Translations under genes and position numbers: made by a program
Assembly: GCA_037388885.1 (NCBI GenBank)
Contig: JARRJS010000001.1
Span: 10,300-74,299, forward strand
From: Gemmatimonadota bacterium
GTDB taxonomy: Bacteria; Gemmatimonadota; Gemmatimonadetes; Longimicrobiales; RSA9
Length of the DNA stretch: 64,000 nt
Direction of reading: 5' to 3'
Notes under the pieces: generated by a model
The model's input: only the letters and a program-made list of their open reading frames with translations
Databases searched by the model: none
What the model was told of the DNA's origin: nothing
Part shown: piece after piece, positions 36,501 through 44,626 of the stretch
Layout of the letters: each line of letters opens with the position of its first letter
Numbering within the stretch: the stretch's first letter is position 1

Positions 36501-36639
36501 CCGGTACGATCTCCTCCGGTTGCACCACGTACGGGATCAGCCTCGAGACTGGCTCCGTGTTGCAGCCGATCAGGCTGGCCCCGGCGCCGGCCACGCCCAG
36601 GACCTTCAGGAAATCCCTTCGCTCCATGCCATCGGCCAT
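33514..36639 (-). CDS. actB: Alternative Complex III subunit ActB (fused molybdopterin-oxidoreductase-like and 4Fe-4S ferredoxin-like domains, Tat signal)
   Basis: Twin-arginine signal MERRDFLKVLGVAGAGASL. Cys clusters CRECPAGC, CIGCSACVTAC, CQQCGNAPCEPVC, CVGTRYCANNCPY and CTFC. Confidence 0.9.
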   Translation of the reverse strand: MADGMERRDFLKVLGVAGAGASLIGCNTEPVSRLIPYVVQPEEIVPGNATWYRTTCRECPAGCGMEVRTREGRALKAEGNPLSPISHGKLCARGQASMNGLYDPDRIPQALARDGDHWAKLTWDDAEQRVVSALAKGPAVFVTGGVTGTMDRLLDDWCQAMGVERLRFEAFAFEPLRAASRMLYGVNDIPVHDFEPAEVVVSFGADFMETWLSPVDYAHGYVQAHAFNAGRRGRFIAVTPHQSLTDLNADDWLPVVPGTEHLVALAMARAVVDATGRSGAVARLLEDVDVDAAAEAAGIDAQRIRDVAELFDRGGRSLAVGPGVSSSHGAATEVAVAVALLNHVAGNVGRTVHFERREQGVPASSYEDWRNLLQQIRNSEISSVLFYGANPLYSVPGGDDVAQVLGSVDFVASFATFLDETAALADVLLPENHFLERWGDHEPRSGVHSLVQPVMTPVFDTKQTGDVLLSMAKRAGKSLHTQANSFYDYLRARWRTGIQPRVDHQGTHFEDWWIQSLEAGVVVEEAPSQRPPALRATVLGNLNLASAATFGGPADAEFYLIAYPSYRFYDGRMGNRMWLQELPDPVSKITWQSWVEVHPSVADEMGLYNGTVVQVETQSGTVELPVWRHPGMRRDVIAIQLGQGHENMGRYAKNRGVNAARLLEPKVDPHSGGPVWQQTKATLRSQGRWERLAILTDRYTTTDREQVVETLQLEEARQAEPVRDLVAAIAGTATQAVKRAEGTGPQQVPAPGGEAEETHPLKQKVRTLQTDGGFQPTDVDAGPQAYPPPGTHYGEYTELQPRWAMAIDMERCIGCSACVTACQAENNIAVVGPKLIKDRRNIQWMRIERYFQVGETGGQTGGEGPYKGTTFLPMLCQQCGNAPCEPVCPVYAAYHTPDGLNAQVYNRCVGTRYCANNCPYKVRYFNWFTYDWPEPLNWQLNPDVTVREKGIMEKCTFCVQRIRDREHKARLASRPVRDGEIVPACAQTCPGQAIAFGNIKDPNSRVAQVAASGRGYRVLDELNTQSAITYLKRVVADEAEV

Positions 36640-36677
36640 CGTCTACGGCTCCCCGGCAACGTCGGCGCGCAGCCGGA

Positions 36678-37184
36678 CTAATGGTGACATACGAAACAAT
36701 CGGTGCGGACGTCCTTCTTGCGGTGGCAGCTGATGCACCAGCCCATTCGCAGGGACGCGAACTGCGTCACCTGCTTCTCATCCTGGACCGGCCCGTGGCA
36801 TTCCTGACACTGGAGACCGGCGTGGATGTGCATCATGTGCGGGAAATGCACGTAATCCGGGAGTCTGTGTATCCTCACCCAGGGGATTGGCTGGCCGGCT
36901 CGCCAGTAGGCCAACACCTTCTGCACTTCAGGCTTGTCCGCCGCGATCAGCGGCACGCCCCCCGGGAAATGGCAGCCCGCACACACGGACACTGCCGGGA
37001 TGCCGGCATCGATGGACTTGTCGGCTGATGAGTGACAGTACAGGCACGGGATATGGTTGTCCCCAGCATGGATGTTGTGGGGAAACGCGATGGGCTGCTG
37101 GGCTTGCTCACCTCCGCCACAGGCTACGAGGATGCTTGCCAGCGTTGCGACCACGACCGCGCGGACCGCCCGCTTGAATCTCAC
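36678..37184 (-). CDS. actA: Alternative Complex III subunit ActA (pentahaem cytochrome c)
   Basis: Five CxxCH motifs are visible: CLYCH, CAGCH, CQECH, CISCH and CFVCH. N-terminal signal with lipobox-like LVAC. Confidence 0.85.
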   Translation of the reverse strand: MRFKRAVRAVVVATLASILVACGGGEQAQQPIAFPHNIHAGDNHIPCLYCHSSADKSIDAGIPAVSVCAGCHFPGGVPLIAADKPEVQKVLAYWRAGQPIPWVRIHRLPDYVHFPHMMHIHAGLQCQECHGPVQDEKQVTQFASLRMGWCISCHRKKDVRTDCFVCHH

Positions 37185-37392
37185 AATTTCTGTCCCGGAT
37201 GAGGGAGTTCGAATCCCGGTGCCGACCGGGCCATCGGATACAAAGGACCCGGCCGGTGCGCCTGGTCACGCGGTCGCCGTGGGGACCGCCGCGGACCGGC
37301 AAAGCGCGGTAAGATTGACGAACCGGGCGAGGGCGCGCAAGTCCGGACCTGGTGCACCAACGCTCTCGCCCCGCGAATCTCAGAGGCGCGAC

Positions 37393-37986
37393 TCAATACA
37401 TGTCCAATTCCTCGGGCCCCATGAGTGCCGCACGCAGCACGTCGGACCAGAATGCGTCGAAGTCTTCTAGCACATCGGGTGTAGGCGCCGCCCGGACACG
37501 GGCGGCGCCCTCGGCATCACCCAGGTCGTCCAGCATCACAGCAATCAGCTCCCGCAACTCGGCGTCCCGGGTAGTATCCGCCATCATGGCGAGTTGCTTG
37601 CGCGCCAAGCGCTCCTGCCCGGCGAGCTTCGCGGCTTCCACGTACTCGCCGATCTCGCGTCGTGCATCACCCAGCAACCGCTTGCCTATGGACAGCCAGG
37701 CCAGCGTACAGCGGGCACGCACCGCACTGGGCGAGATGCGGAGCAGTTTCCTGCAGACCGCGCCGGATGCATTGTACCGGCGAGCTTGCAGGTATGCGTC
37801 GATCGCCCGGCCGTAGTATGCAAAGGCACGCGGCCGGTCGTCTGCCTCGAAGCACAGGTCTCCGGCCCGGTTGTAGAACTGGGCATCGAATCCTGGCAGC
37901 GCGATCTGCGCCTGCTGCTCGAGGGACTTCAGCTTCTGCTCTAGGCCGCGATCCTGTTGTCTGGTGCCGCGCAGATTCCGAAACAT
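37393..37986 (-). CDS. Hypothetical helical (TPR-like) protein
   Basis: 197 aa starting MFRNLRG. Helical repeat character (AFAYYGRAIDAYLQARRYNASGAVCRKLL). The upstream part of the 302-codon ORF looks non-coding. Confidence 0.5.
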   Translation of the reverse strand: MFRNLRGTRQQDRGLEQKLKSLEQQAQIALPGFDAQFYNRAGDLCFEADDRPRAFAYYGRAIDAYLQARRYNASGAVCRKLLRISPSAVRARCTLAWLSIGKRLLGDARREIGEYVEAAKLAGQERLARKQLAMMADTTRDAELRELIAVMLDDLGDAEGAARVRAAPTPDVLEDFDAFWSDVLRAALMGPEELDMY

Positions 37987-38179
37987 CGCGTTTCCGGGGT
38001 CTCGACAGGGTCGAGAGGGCTGCCCACTCGCACGAGCGGGAGCAGGATGAGTAACGAAACCGGACCCGCGCCGCCACCACGCCGAACGATCCAGGCCCGT
38101 CAAGGGTACTCGCAGGAGCGTGGCGCTCGTCCAGTGCCCGGTTCGATTCAGCAAGAAAGACGAATACGCACCCGGAGCC

Positions 38180-38860
38180 ATGCTCATGCGGTCCATATCC
38201 TTCATTCCAGCACTGCTGCTCGTCTCCGCCCTCGCGGGATGCGCCAGCCTGCACCGCGCCTCGCCGCCGGATGTCCAGGCCCGCTTCGACGACGCAGTCA
38301 TCCGCTACGGTTACGGGGACCTGGCCGGCGCCACACGCGAGCTCGCCTGGGTCGACCGACAATGCACGGGCCGTGCCCTCGGCCAGCAGGCCGCCCTCGC
38401 CCTGGCCGCCCTCCACCTCGACGGCCGCAACCCAGGCCGGCACGTCGATACCGCCGCGCAGCTCGCACGCTCCTTCTTGCACTCCGCCGACGCCGATGAC
38501 TGGCGACGACCCATCGCCACCACGCTCTACCTTACGGCGCTTGATCTTGGCGCCAGCATGCCGGACAGCACCACGTTGGCTGCCGATAATTCCACTACAG
38601 GGCGCGCTCCGGCGGCACCGCAACATACCGATGTCCCGGGATGCGGCCCCGTGCAACCATTGCCGAATGACGCCGCCGTCCCCACCTTGCCGGTGTTGCC
38701 CGGCGAGCCTCTTATCGCCCGGCTCCGCGCCGTACGCGCCGACCGTGCACAACTCGCTGCGACGGTTGACTCGTTATGTACAGCACTGGACAATGTCCGG
38801 CTGGAACTGGTCGCCAAAGACAAAGAGTTGCAGCGCATTCGGAAAACGCTCAAGCCTTGA
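38180..38860 (+). CDS. Hypothetical lipoprotein with a C-terminal coiled-coil
   Basis: Signal and lipobox MLMRSISFIPALLLVSALAGC. The start may be 38186 instead, which has better RBS spacing. Confidence 0.55.
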   Translation: MLMRSISFIPALLLVSALAGCASLHRASPPDVQARFDDAVIRYGYGDLAGATRELAWVDRQCTGRALGQQAALALAALHLDGRNPGRHVDTAAQLARSFLHSADADDWRRPIATTLYLTALDLGASMPDSTTLAADNSTTGRAPAAPQHTDVPGCGPVQPLPNDAAVPTLPVLPGEPLIARLRAVRADRAQLAATVDSLCTALDNVRLELVAKDKELQRIRKTLKP

Positions 38861-38905
38861 TCCTTGTATCGGCGATAGGCGCCAATCCCTGTTAATCGGA
38901 CCAAG

Positions 38906-40351
38906 ATGAAGGTTCAGTCCCGGTTGCTGATCACGCTTGCGGGTGTGGTCGTGCTCATGGCGATCCCATCCGTCTACGGGTTGCGTCAGCTCAATCGCCT
39001 AGAGGACATCGCCGTCGGCCTGCGCGGCCAACACGCCCGGGCAAACCTGGCCCAGGGCCGACTCGAGACTGAGCTGGCGGACCTGGATCGGTTCGAGCGC
39101 AGCTATATCATCAGGCCCAGCAATGAGCTGCGCCGGAGCATCAACCGCTCACTCGTGCTGCTTCAGACCCGCATCGCCGATCTGGAAGAGGCGGGTTACA
39201 GCAAGACCTCCGCTCCGACCAAGGCGCTTGTCGATTCGCTGTCCAACGCCACACAACACGTCGAAGCCCTGATGGAAGCCGGACGCTACGATCAGGCCAC
39301 CGACTTTTTCGAGACGGTGAAACCGTTGATAGAAAGGACACGCGCTTCCCTGACCGGCATCGCCGACGTCATTGATCAGCGTAGCCAGCAGAACGCGCAT
39401 CGGGCGGAATCGTTGAGCCGCGACGCAGCCGAGACGGTCTCCATCACCTTCATCGTGGGCATCGCGCTCACCGTCCTGGTTGGCATCACCATCACCCGCA
39501 TGCTGTCCGCGCCGTTGCGCAAGCTGAGCGACGCTACAGCCGCGGTGGCCGATGGCAAATTCGTGGCACCACCCGACCTGCCGTACAACCGTAACGACGA
39601 GATCGGCGAGCTGTCCCGGTCGTTCGGCTCCATGACCGAGCGGCTGGCCGAGCTCGACCAACTCAAGGCGGAGTTCATCAGCCTGGCCAGCCACGAGCTG
39701 AAGACGCCCATCAACGTCGTCGGCGGGTACATCGAGCTGCTGGAGGAAGGCCTGTACGGCGGGGTGAACCCAAGGCAACGCGAAGCCCTGGACCTGATCC
39801 TCGCCCAGACCGAAAACCTCACACGTCTCGTCAACCAGCTGCTGGACCTCGGCCGCTTCGAATCCGGCGGCTTCCAGATCCATTTCCAGGACGTCGAGCT
39901 GGGAACGCTGATGGACCGGTTGCACCGCACGTTCCGGGCTTTGGCCGAACAGAAGCAGATCGACTTCGCCATGGACATCGCCGCGCCGCTGCCCATCGTG
40001 CGCGCCGACCCGGATCGCCTCGAGCACGAGGTGTTCGGCAACCTGCTCTCCAACGCCTTCAAGTTCACGCCACCCGGCGGACGTGTGCGTGTCACGGTGG
40101 CCAGCCGCGACGCCATGGTGGAGATCGCCGTCGAAGACACCGGCGCCGGCATCCCCCGGGAGGAGCTGGCCAAGATCTTTGAGAAGTACTACCAGGTCGG
40201 AAAAGAGGCGCGGGCCCAGGGCAGCGGACTCGGCCTTGCCATCGCGCGCCAGATCGTGCACGCGCATCACGGTGATATCGGCGTGGACAGCGAAGTGGGC
40301 CGTGGCACCCGGTTCTGGATCCACCTCCCTGCTGACTCCCAGGACGCCTGA
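38906..40351 (+). CDS. Sensor histidine kinase (periplasmic/helical sensor, HAMP, HisKA, HATPase_c), no adjacent response regulator
   Basis: H-box FISLASHELKTPIN, N-box LLSNAFKFTPPGG, G1 VEDTGAGIP and G2 GSGLGLAI. Confidence 0.9.
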   Translation: MKVQSRLLITLAGVVVLMAIPSVYGLRQLNRLEDIAVGLRGQHARANLAQGRLETELADLDRFERSYIIRPSNELRRSINRSLVLLQTRIADLEEAGYSKTSAPTKALVDSLSNATQHVEALMEAGRYDQATDFFETVKPLIERTRASLTGIADVIDQRSQQNAHRAESLSRDAAETVSITFIVGIALTVLVGITITRMLSAPLRKLSDATAAVADGKFVAPPDLPYNRNDEIGELSRSFGSMTERLAELDQLKAEFISLASHELKTPINVVGGYIELLEEGLYGGVNPRQREALDLILAQTENLTRLVNQLLDLGRFESGGFQIHFQDVELGTLMDRLHRTFRALAEQKQIDFAMDIAAPLPIVRADPDRLEHEVFGNLLSNAFKFTPPGGRVRVTVASRDAMVEIAVEDTGAGIPREELAKIFEKYYQVGKEARAQGSGLGLAIARQIVHAHHGDIGVDSEVGRGTRFWIHLPADSQDA

Positions 40352-40451
40352 CCACCCGGCGGCGCCACTGCGGTCGCCGCCGATCGAGCGGCATCGACAC
40401 CCGGCAGACGCGCCACTAGTTTGGACGGGACCGCAACAGCAGGTGCATACG

Positions 40452-40712
40452 ATGAGAGCCGGCCACCAAGACCACCACCTGGCCACCGTCAGCCACGATG
40501 GGCGCTTCTGGGACGTCTACCTCGAGATCCAGGAATCCGACCGACGTGGCCCCGCACGCGGACGACTGGCTTTCTCCGCCGCCGACGACGAGCAGGAACG
40601 CATCCGCACCGCGGTCATCTTCGTCGAGCCCAGCGAGGACGAGGTCCTGCGTCGCGCCCGTGAGTTCGAAACCCACCAGCTGATCGGCCTGCTCCGCTCC
40701 TGCCTGCCCTGA
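40452..40712 (+). CDS. Hypothetical small protein (86 aa)
   Basis: An ATG-initiated ORF following the kinase on the same strand. I recognise no motif. Confidence 0.35.
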   Translation: MRAGHQDHHLATVSHDGRFWDVYLEIQESDRRGPARGRLAFSAADDEQERIRTAVIFVEPSEDEVLRRAREFETHQLIGLLRSCLP

Positions 40713-40734
40713 AGTCGAACGACGACGCACGGGG

Positions 40735-41430
40735 CTACGGCGCAGCCGCAGCCACCGTCCGGGGCGTCAGCCAGGCCAGGATCGCTGCCCGGCCCGCCTT
40801 CGCGAACACACGATTCGGGTATTGCTGGCAATCCGGCGTATTCGTTCCGTGCACGCACCCGTTGTACCGTAGCAGGGCGCGCTCCACGTTGCCGCCCGTG
40901 CGCCGCAGATCGTTCGCAAAGATTTGCGCCCCGTGACAGATGTTCGTGTCGATGTCCTCCAGGTTCGCACCACAACCCCACCGCCCATCGTGCTCCGGCA
41001 TCACCTGCATCAGACCCACCGCGCCCACCGAGCTCCTGGCATCCGGCTTCAACCACGGGTTCTCCACCAACAGAACCGCCAGCAACAGTCGCGGCTCCAC
41101 CTGCGTCCGGTTCGCCTCACGCACCAGCGCCACCGAGATCCGCCGTACCAGCTTCGGGTCATCCCGGTACCGCAGCAGAACCCGCTCCATGGGCACGACC
41201 TCCGACCGATAATAGTCCGTCACCCGGTCGAAGTTCGTCTTCAAGCTTTCGGCCTTCACCATCAGGTCCCCAACCTGTCCCGCCGGATCCATGCTCGAAG
41301 ACCGTTGCACGGGCACGCCACCGTATAAACGCCCGGCCGTCAACACAACGACCGCCAGCGTTCCCAACGCGGACCATAATCGCCATCGGCCGACGATCGC
41401 CCCACGCATCCATGTCTTTATCGCCTGCAT
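40735..41430 (-). CDS. Lytic transglycosylase (SLT domain) protein, paralog 2
   Basis: VLLVENPWLKPDARSSVGAVGLMQVMP and LLRYNGCVHGTNTPDCQQYP. It is clearly paralogous to the gene at 21367-22101. Confidence 0.8.
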   Translation of the reverse strand: MQAIKTWMRGAIVGRWRLWSALGTLAVVVLTAGRLYGGVPVQRSSSMDPAGQVGDLMVKAESLKTNFDRVTDYYRSEVVPMERVLLRYRDDPKLVRRISVALVREANRTQVEPRLLLAVLLVENPWLKPDARSSVGAVGLMQVMPEHDGRWGCGANLEDIDTNICHGAQIFANDLRRTGGNVERALLRYNGCVHGTNTPDCQQYPNRVFAKAGRAAILAWLTPRTVAAAAP

Positions 41431-41788
41431 CTATCGACTCCCCTCGACCTTGTTCCTCACTCGGACGGCGGGCCTGTTGCCCGCCGCGCTTGCCTACCCC
41501 GTGCAAGCCGTGTACCCGCACGGCCCTTCTCGTATGGAAACCGCCCGGCTCCTCCGGAGTCGCACCGATAACACCACACGGCGCCCCCCGGTTCCACCAC
41601 GACGGGCCTCGGGTTGCCCCGCGAGCTATGCCATAATGACAGCAATCCGGCGAACGCGGCCTCCTGCGTATGTTTTCAGGCAGCGGCGGGCCGGAGGGCG
41701 GTTGCGGAGGGGATGGGGGGATGGTAGGATATTTGTTTGGTTCCCCGGGACCGTCCGTCACCGCATCAAGACTCACACGGGAGGGCGA

Positions 41789-41992
41789 ATGGCGCTATAT
41801 CGGACGCTGTACTACAGCGATTTCAACGTGGGCGTCGGCGGCCGTGTGACGATCCCGCAGGACATTCGTGATGATCTGGGCATAGCGGACGGTGACCTGT
41901 TGACGGCCCGGGTCGAGGAAAGTCCCGACGGCACGCGGCAGCTGGTGATGTGGCGTGCGAAAGAGCAGCCCGAAGAGGCCAGCGAAGACTAG
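41789..41992 (+). CDS. AbrB/MazE/SpoVT-family DNA-binding small protein
   Basis: GGGAGGG RBS. GGRVTIPQDIRDDLGIADGDLL is the SpoVT-AbrB swapped-hairpin motif. 67 aa. Confidence 0.65.
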   Translation: MALYRTLYYSDFNVGVGGRVTIPQDIRDDLGIADGDLLTARVEESPDGTRQLVMWRAKEQPEEASED

Positions 41993-42116
41993 AGCCGGGT
42001 ACCCGGACCGCTGAGCCGACCCCAGACGCCTTTCCGGGCCACGCCCGGACGTTGCTGCACGTCGTCCCCCCACTCCCGACGTCCCCCATTTCGCTTTCCC
42101 TGCGCCTTTCCCCTCG

Positions 42117-43508
42117 TCAACGGCTGTGCACATCCAGGTCGGTCCACCGCAACAACTCGCGCAGGGGTCCGTGTCCGTCGTGGTGCCATTCCACGGGCGG
42201 CCACGGCAGGTGTTCGAAGTCGGTGATGCGCACGACGCCGAGGCGGGCGAGCTGAACGGCGAGCGTGTGCAGGCGATCTCCGACGCCGACGAGGGCAGCA
42301 GATTGCAGGAAGCGGCGGAACGGCCGCAGGTGTTCCGGTACCTCCTCCAGCCGCGCAACGGGCTTGACCCACAGCATACGGTTCAGGCACGACGGGGTGA
42401 AAGTGGGGTCATCGTCCAAAATGACGGTGAAGCGTGTGCCCGTCCCCGCCAGGACCCGCACATTCGTGCCGCCCAGTTCCCGGAACTCCGCACCACCGCG
42501 CATTTGCTGGATGGCGGCGGCCTCGGAGGGCGTGATGGGCCCGCGCGGCAGCTCGGTTTCGACGCGTTCGAACGCGTCTGCGACTTTCGCCGAGAATCGT
42601 TCGGGTGAGGCATCGCCACCGCGCTCCACGTAAACGACGTGCGGTGACACGCATCCGTGCTGGTCAAAGATGGCGGTCGCCCGGGCGACCTGGTCGGCCG
42701 TGCCGGGGTCGGCGTCCCGGCCGACCAAGCCGAACGAGATGCGCGGTCCATGGAGCACGAAGCGTGTGCCGGGCTTCACCATGTGCTGCAGGGACGCGGC
42801 AGGCTCTTCGCCGCCGTACACGACGACGGCGTCGGCTTCTTCGATCGCGGTGGCGTTCAGGTCCTCCTGCGTTCCAGGCCAGTAGGTGATGGCGAGGCAC
42901 TCGCCGAGGCCCGGATCGATGCGGGCCAGTGCACGCGCGAAGAGCGCGGGCAGCAAAGGCTCGTCGACGCCGGTCTTGGCCAGGGTAGCAGCACGCACGA
43001 GAAGGGATCGGGCGGCCGCGGTGACGGCCACGCCGGGGACGTTTCCGGCAAAGACGTGGAAAGCCAGCTCCGGGCCGAGGGCGAGCACCTCCCGGGCGGC
43101 GGCCCGGTCGGATATGAACCGGTCCAGGACCGCGGGGTCGCCCAACTCCACGTTCAGCAACCGGAGCAGGGAATCGGCGGTCCAGTCGGCGCTCATGCGG
43201 TCAAGCACGAGCCGGCTCATGGCGGGCGAGTATCGAGTGATCGCCGGGAGCGCGGCCTCGGCCAGCTCGCGGAGCGGCCCGGTCCGCAGACGCGCCGCGG
43301 CGGCGTCGATGGCCGCGACGATGTCTGCAACCGGTCGATCGACGAGGTGCCGCTCACGGGCTTCGACCAGACGGCGGGCCAGCCCGTGCACGTGTTTCGG
43401 CGCAAGCACGGGCACGCGAAGTCGGACGTCGTCGTAGTCGAGGGTGGTCCACTCCCGGTGCTTTTCCAGGTCCAGGCCCGGGAGATGGAAGGCGTCGATG
43501 GCGCTCAT
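42117..43508 (-). CDS. LuxC-family acyl-CoA reductase-like protein
   Basis: 463 aa. The aldehyde-dehydrogenase-like core has a candidate catalytic Cys in IFDQHGCVSPHVVYV. FHVFAGNVPG is also present. ATGA overlap with the upstream LuxE-like gene. Confidence 0.7.
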   Translation of the reverse strand: MSAIDAFHLPGLDLEKHREWTTLDYDDVRLRVPVLAPKHVHGLARRLVEARERHLVDRPVADIVAAIDAAAARLRTGPLRELAEAALPAITRYSPAMSRLVLDRMSADWTADSLLRLLNVELGDPAVLDRFISDRAAAREVLALGPELAFHVFAGNVPGVAVTAAARSLLVRAATLAKTGVDEPLLPALFARALARIDPGLGECLAITYWPGTQEDLNATAIEEADAVVVYGGEEPAASLQHMVKPGTRFVLHGPRISFGLVGRDADPGTADQVARATAIFDQHGCVSPHVVYVERGGDASPERFSAKVADAFERVETELPRGPITPSEAAAIQQMRGGAEFRELGGTNVRVLAGTGTRFTVILDDDPTFTPSCLNRMLWVKPVARLEEVPEHLRPFRRFLQSAALVGVGDRLHTLAVQLARLGVVRITDFEHLPWPPVEWHHDGHGPLRELLRWTDLDVHSR

Positions 43509-44623
43509 CGGTCTTCGGCGTGTAGCAGCTGATCCATGGCGAGAGAACAGCCGCGAGGCGGCGCACCCGCAGCGCGGCCCAGCAGGACGAAGCCGTCGTA
43601 TTGCGCACGGCCCACGTCCTCGGTCTGGATGGCCAGGACGCTTGCGACGTTCGCCAGATCGTAGTGGCGTAGCAAGCCGATGTCGCCGATCGGCACCGGC
43701 TGCAGGCTCTCGCCGTCCACGACGACGGTGCGCACCCACGGCGGGCCCAGCTTCCGGCGGACGCCGGCCGGGGCTGATCGCCCCCGCATGCTGTCCCACA
43801 GCGTGGAGTCGTAGAACTGGGAAAGCATCTCGGTCATGCCGTATTCGTTGACGCATGCCGCTTCGGGGATCCCCAGGCGCCGGACGTACTCCCTGCGCAG
43901 GGCATCCCCGGACACCGCCCGTCCGCGCCCCTTGTAGCCACCGGTGTCCATGAGACGCGAGCCTTCCGGCAATGCCAGGGACACACCGCGCCCCGACAGA
44001 TCGTCCAGCCAGTGAATGAACGCCGCGGATGTGCCCAGCAGGCACACCGGGCCGGCATCCCGCGCGGCGAGTGCCGCTTCCAGGCCGGCCACATCCAGAC
44101 CCGTCGGACTCGCGAACCATCCGGAGTCGTCCGGTGCCAGCTCGTCCATCAGTGCACCGACCATGAACGACAACGACGAGTCCGGCGCGTCCTCGGGGTG
44201 CGGAATCAGCGACAGCATCCGGGGCCGGGCGCCGTCGGGCAGCACGTACGTTTCGAAGGTGGGCATAAGCGAGGCTCGGTAGAGGCCGAGGTCCCGCACG
44301 TAATGCGTGCCGCGCGCCTGCGACCCGCGTGTGGTGCCGCTCGTACGGAACACGGCTTCGGCGTGGTCCGGCGCCCCACCGGCCAGCGCCAGCTCCTTGA
44401 ACGCGGCCGTGGGCACACCGGGGATCTGTTGCCAGTGGCTCACATCCGCTGTCACGCCGCGCCGCCGCGCATACGCGGCCAGAGCCGGATCGTTGGCGAG
44501 CTGGTAACGGAAGATGCGACGCGCCATGTCGTCGAAGACGTCGTCAGAGATGGGGCGAACACCCTGCCGGCACAACGCCAGCACGGCATCCCGGATCGCG
44601 GAGAACGCCTCGCTCACGACCAC
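43505..44623 (-). CDS. LuxE-family acyl-protein synthetase-like (adenylate-forming) protein
   Basis: 372 aa. FRTSGTTRG (AMP-forming P-loop-like), MDTGGYKGRG and NEYGMTE follow the LuxE/PaaK-like layout. Confidence 0.7.
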   Translation of the reverse strand: MVVSEAFSAIRDAVLALCRQGVRPISDDVFDDMARRIFRYQLANDPALAAYARRRGVTADVSHWQQIPGVPTAAFKELALAGGAPDHAEAVFRTSGTTRGSQARGTHYVRDLGLYRASLMPTFETYVLPDGARPRMLSLIPHPEDAPDSSLSFMVGALMDELAPDDSGWFASPTGLDVAGLEAALAARDAGPVCLLGTSAAFIHWLDDLSGRGVSLALPEGSRLMDTGGYKGRGRAVSGDALRREYVRRLGIPEAACVNEYGMTEMLSQFYDSTLWDSMRGRSAPAGVRRKLGPPWVRTVVVDGESLQPVPIGDIGLLRHYDLANVASVLAIQTEDVGRAQYDGFVLLGRAAGAPPRGCSLAMDQLLHAEDR

Positions 44624-44626
44624 TCC

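Noticed and set aside
37200-37240. tRNA-like T-arm string ggagttcgaatcccgg followed by ...ccgaccgggcca, upstream of actA.
   Set aside because: The T-stem does not pair canonically: GGGAG against CCCGG gives only 2 of 5 pairs with the standard 7-nt loop. No D-arm, anticodon arm or acceptor stem can be drawn. The upstream sequence is the actA coding start. It is probably a chance match, or at most a decayed tRNA or att fragment. tRNAscan-SE or ARAGORN would settle it.
19203-41992. Type II toxin-antitoxin systems (VapB-like at 19203-19409, AbrB/MazE-like at 41789-41992).
   Set aside because: Neither has an adjacent toxin-family ORF (PIN, MazF, RelE and so on). They are reported only as solitary small DNA-binding-fold genes, not as TA modules.
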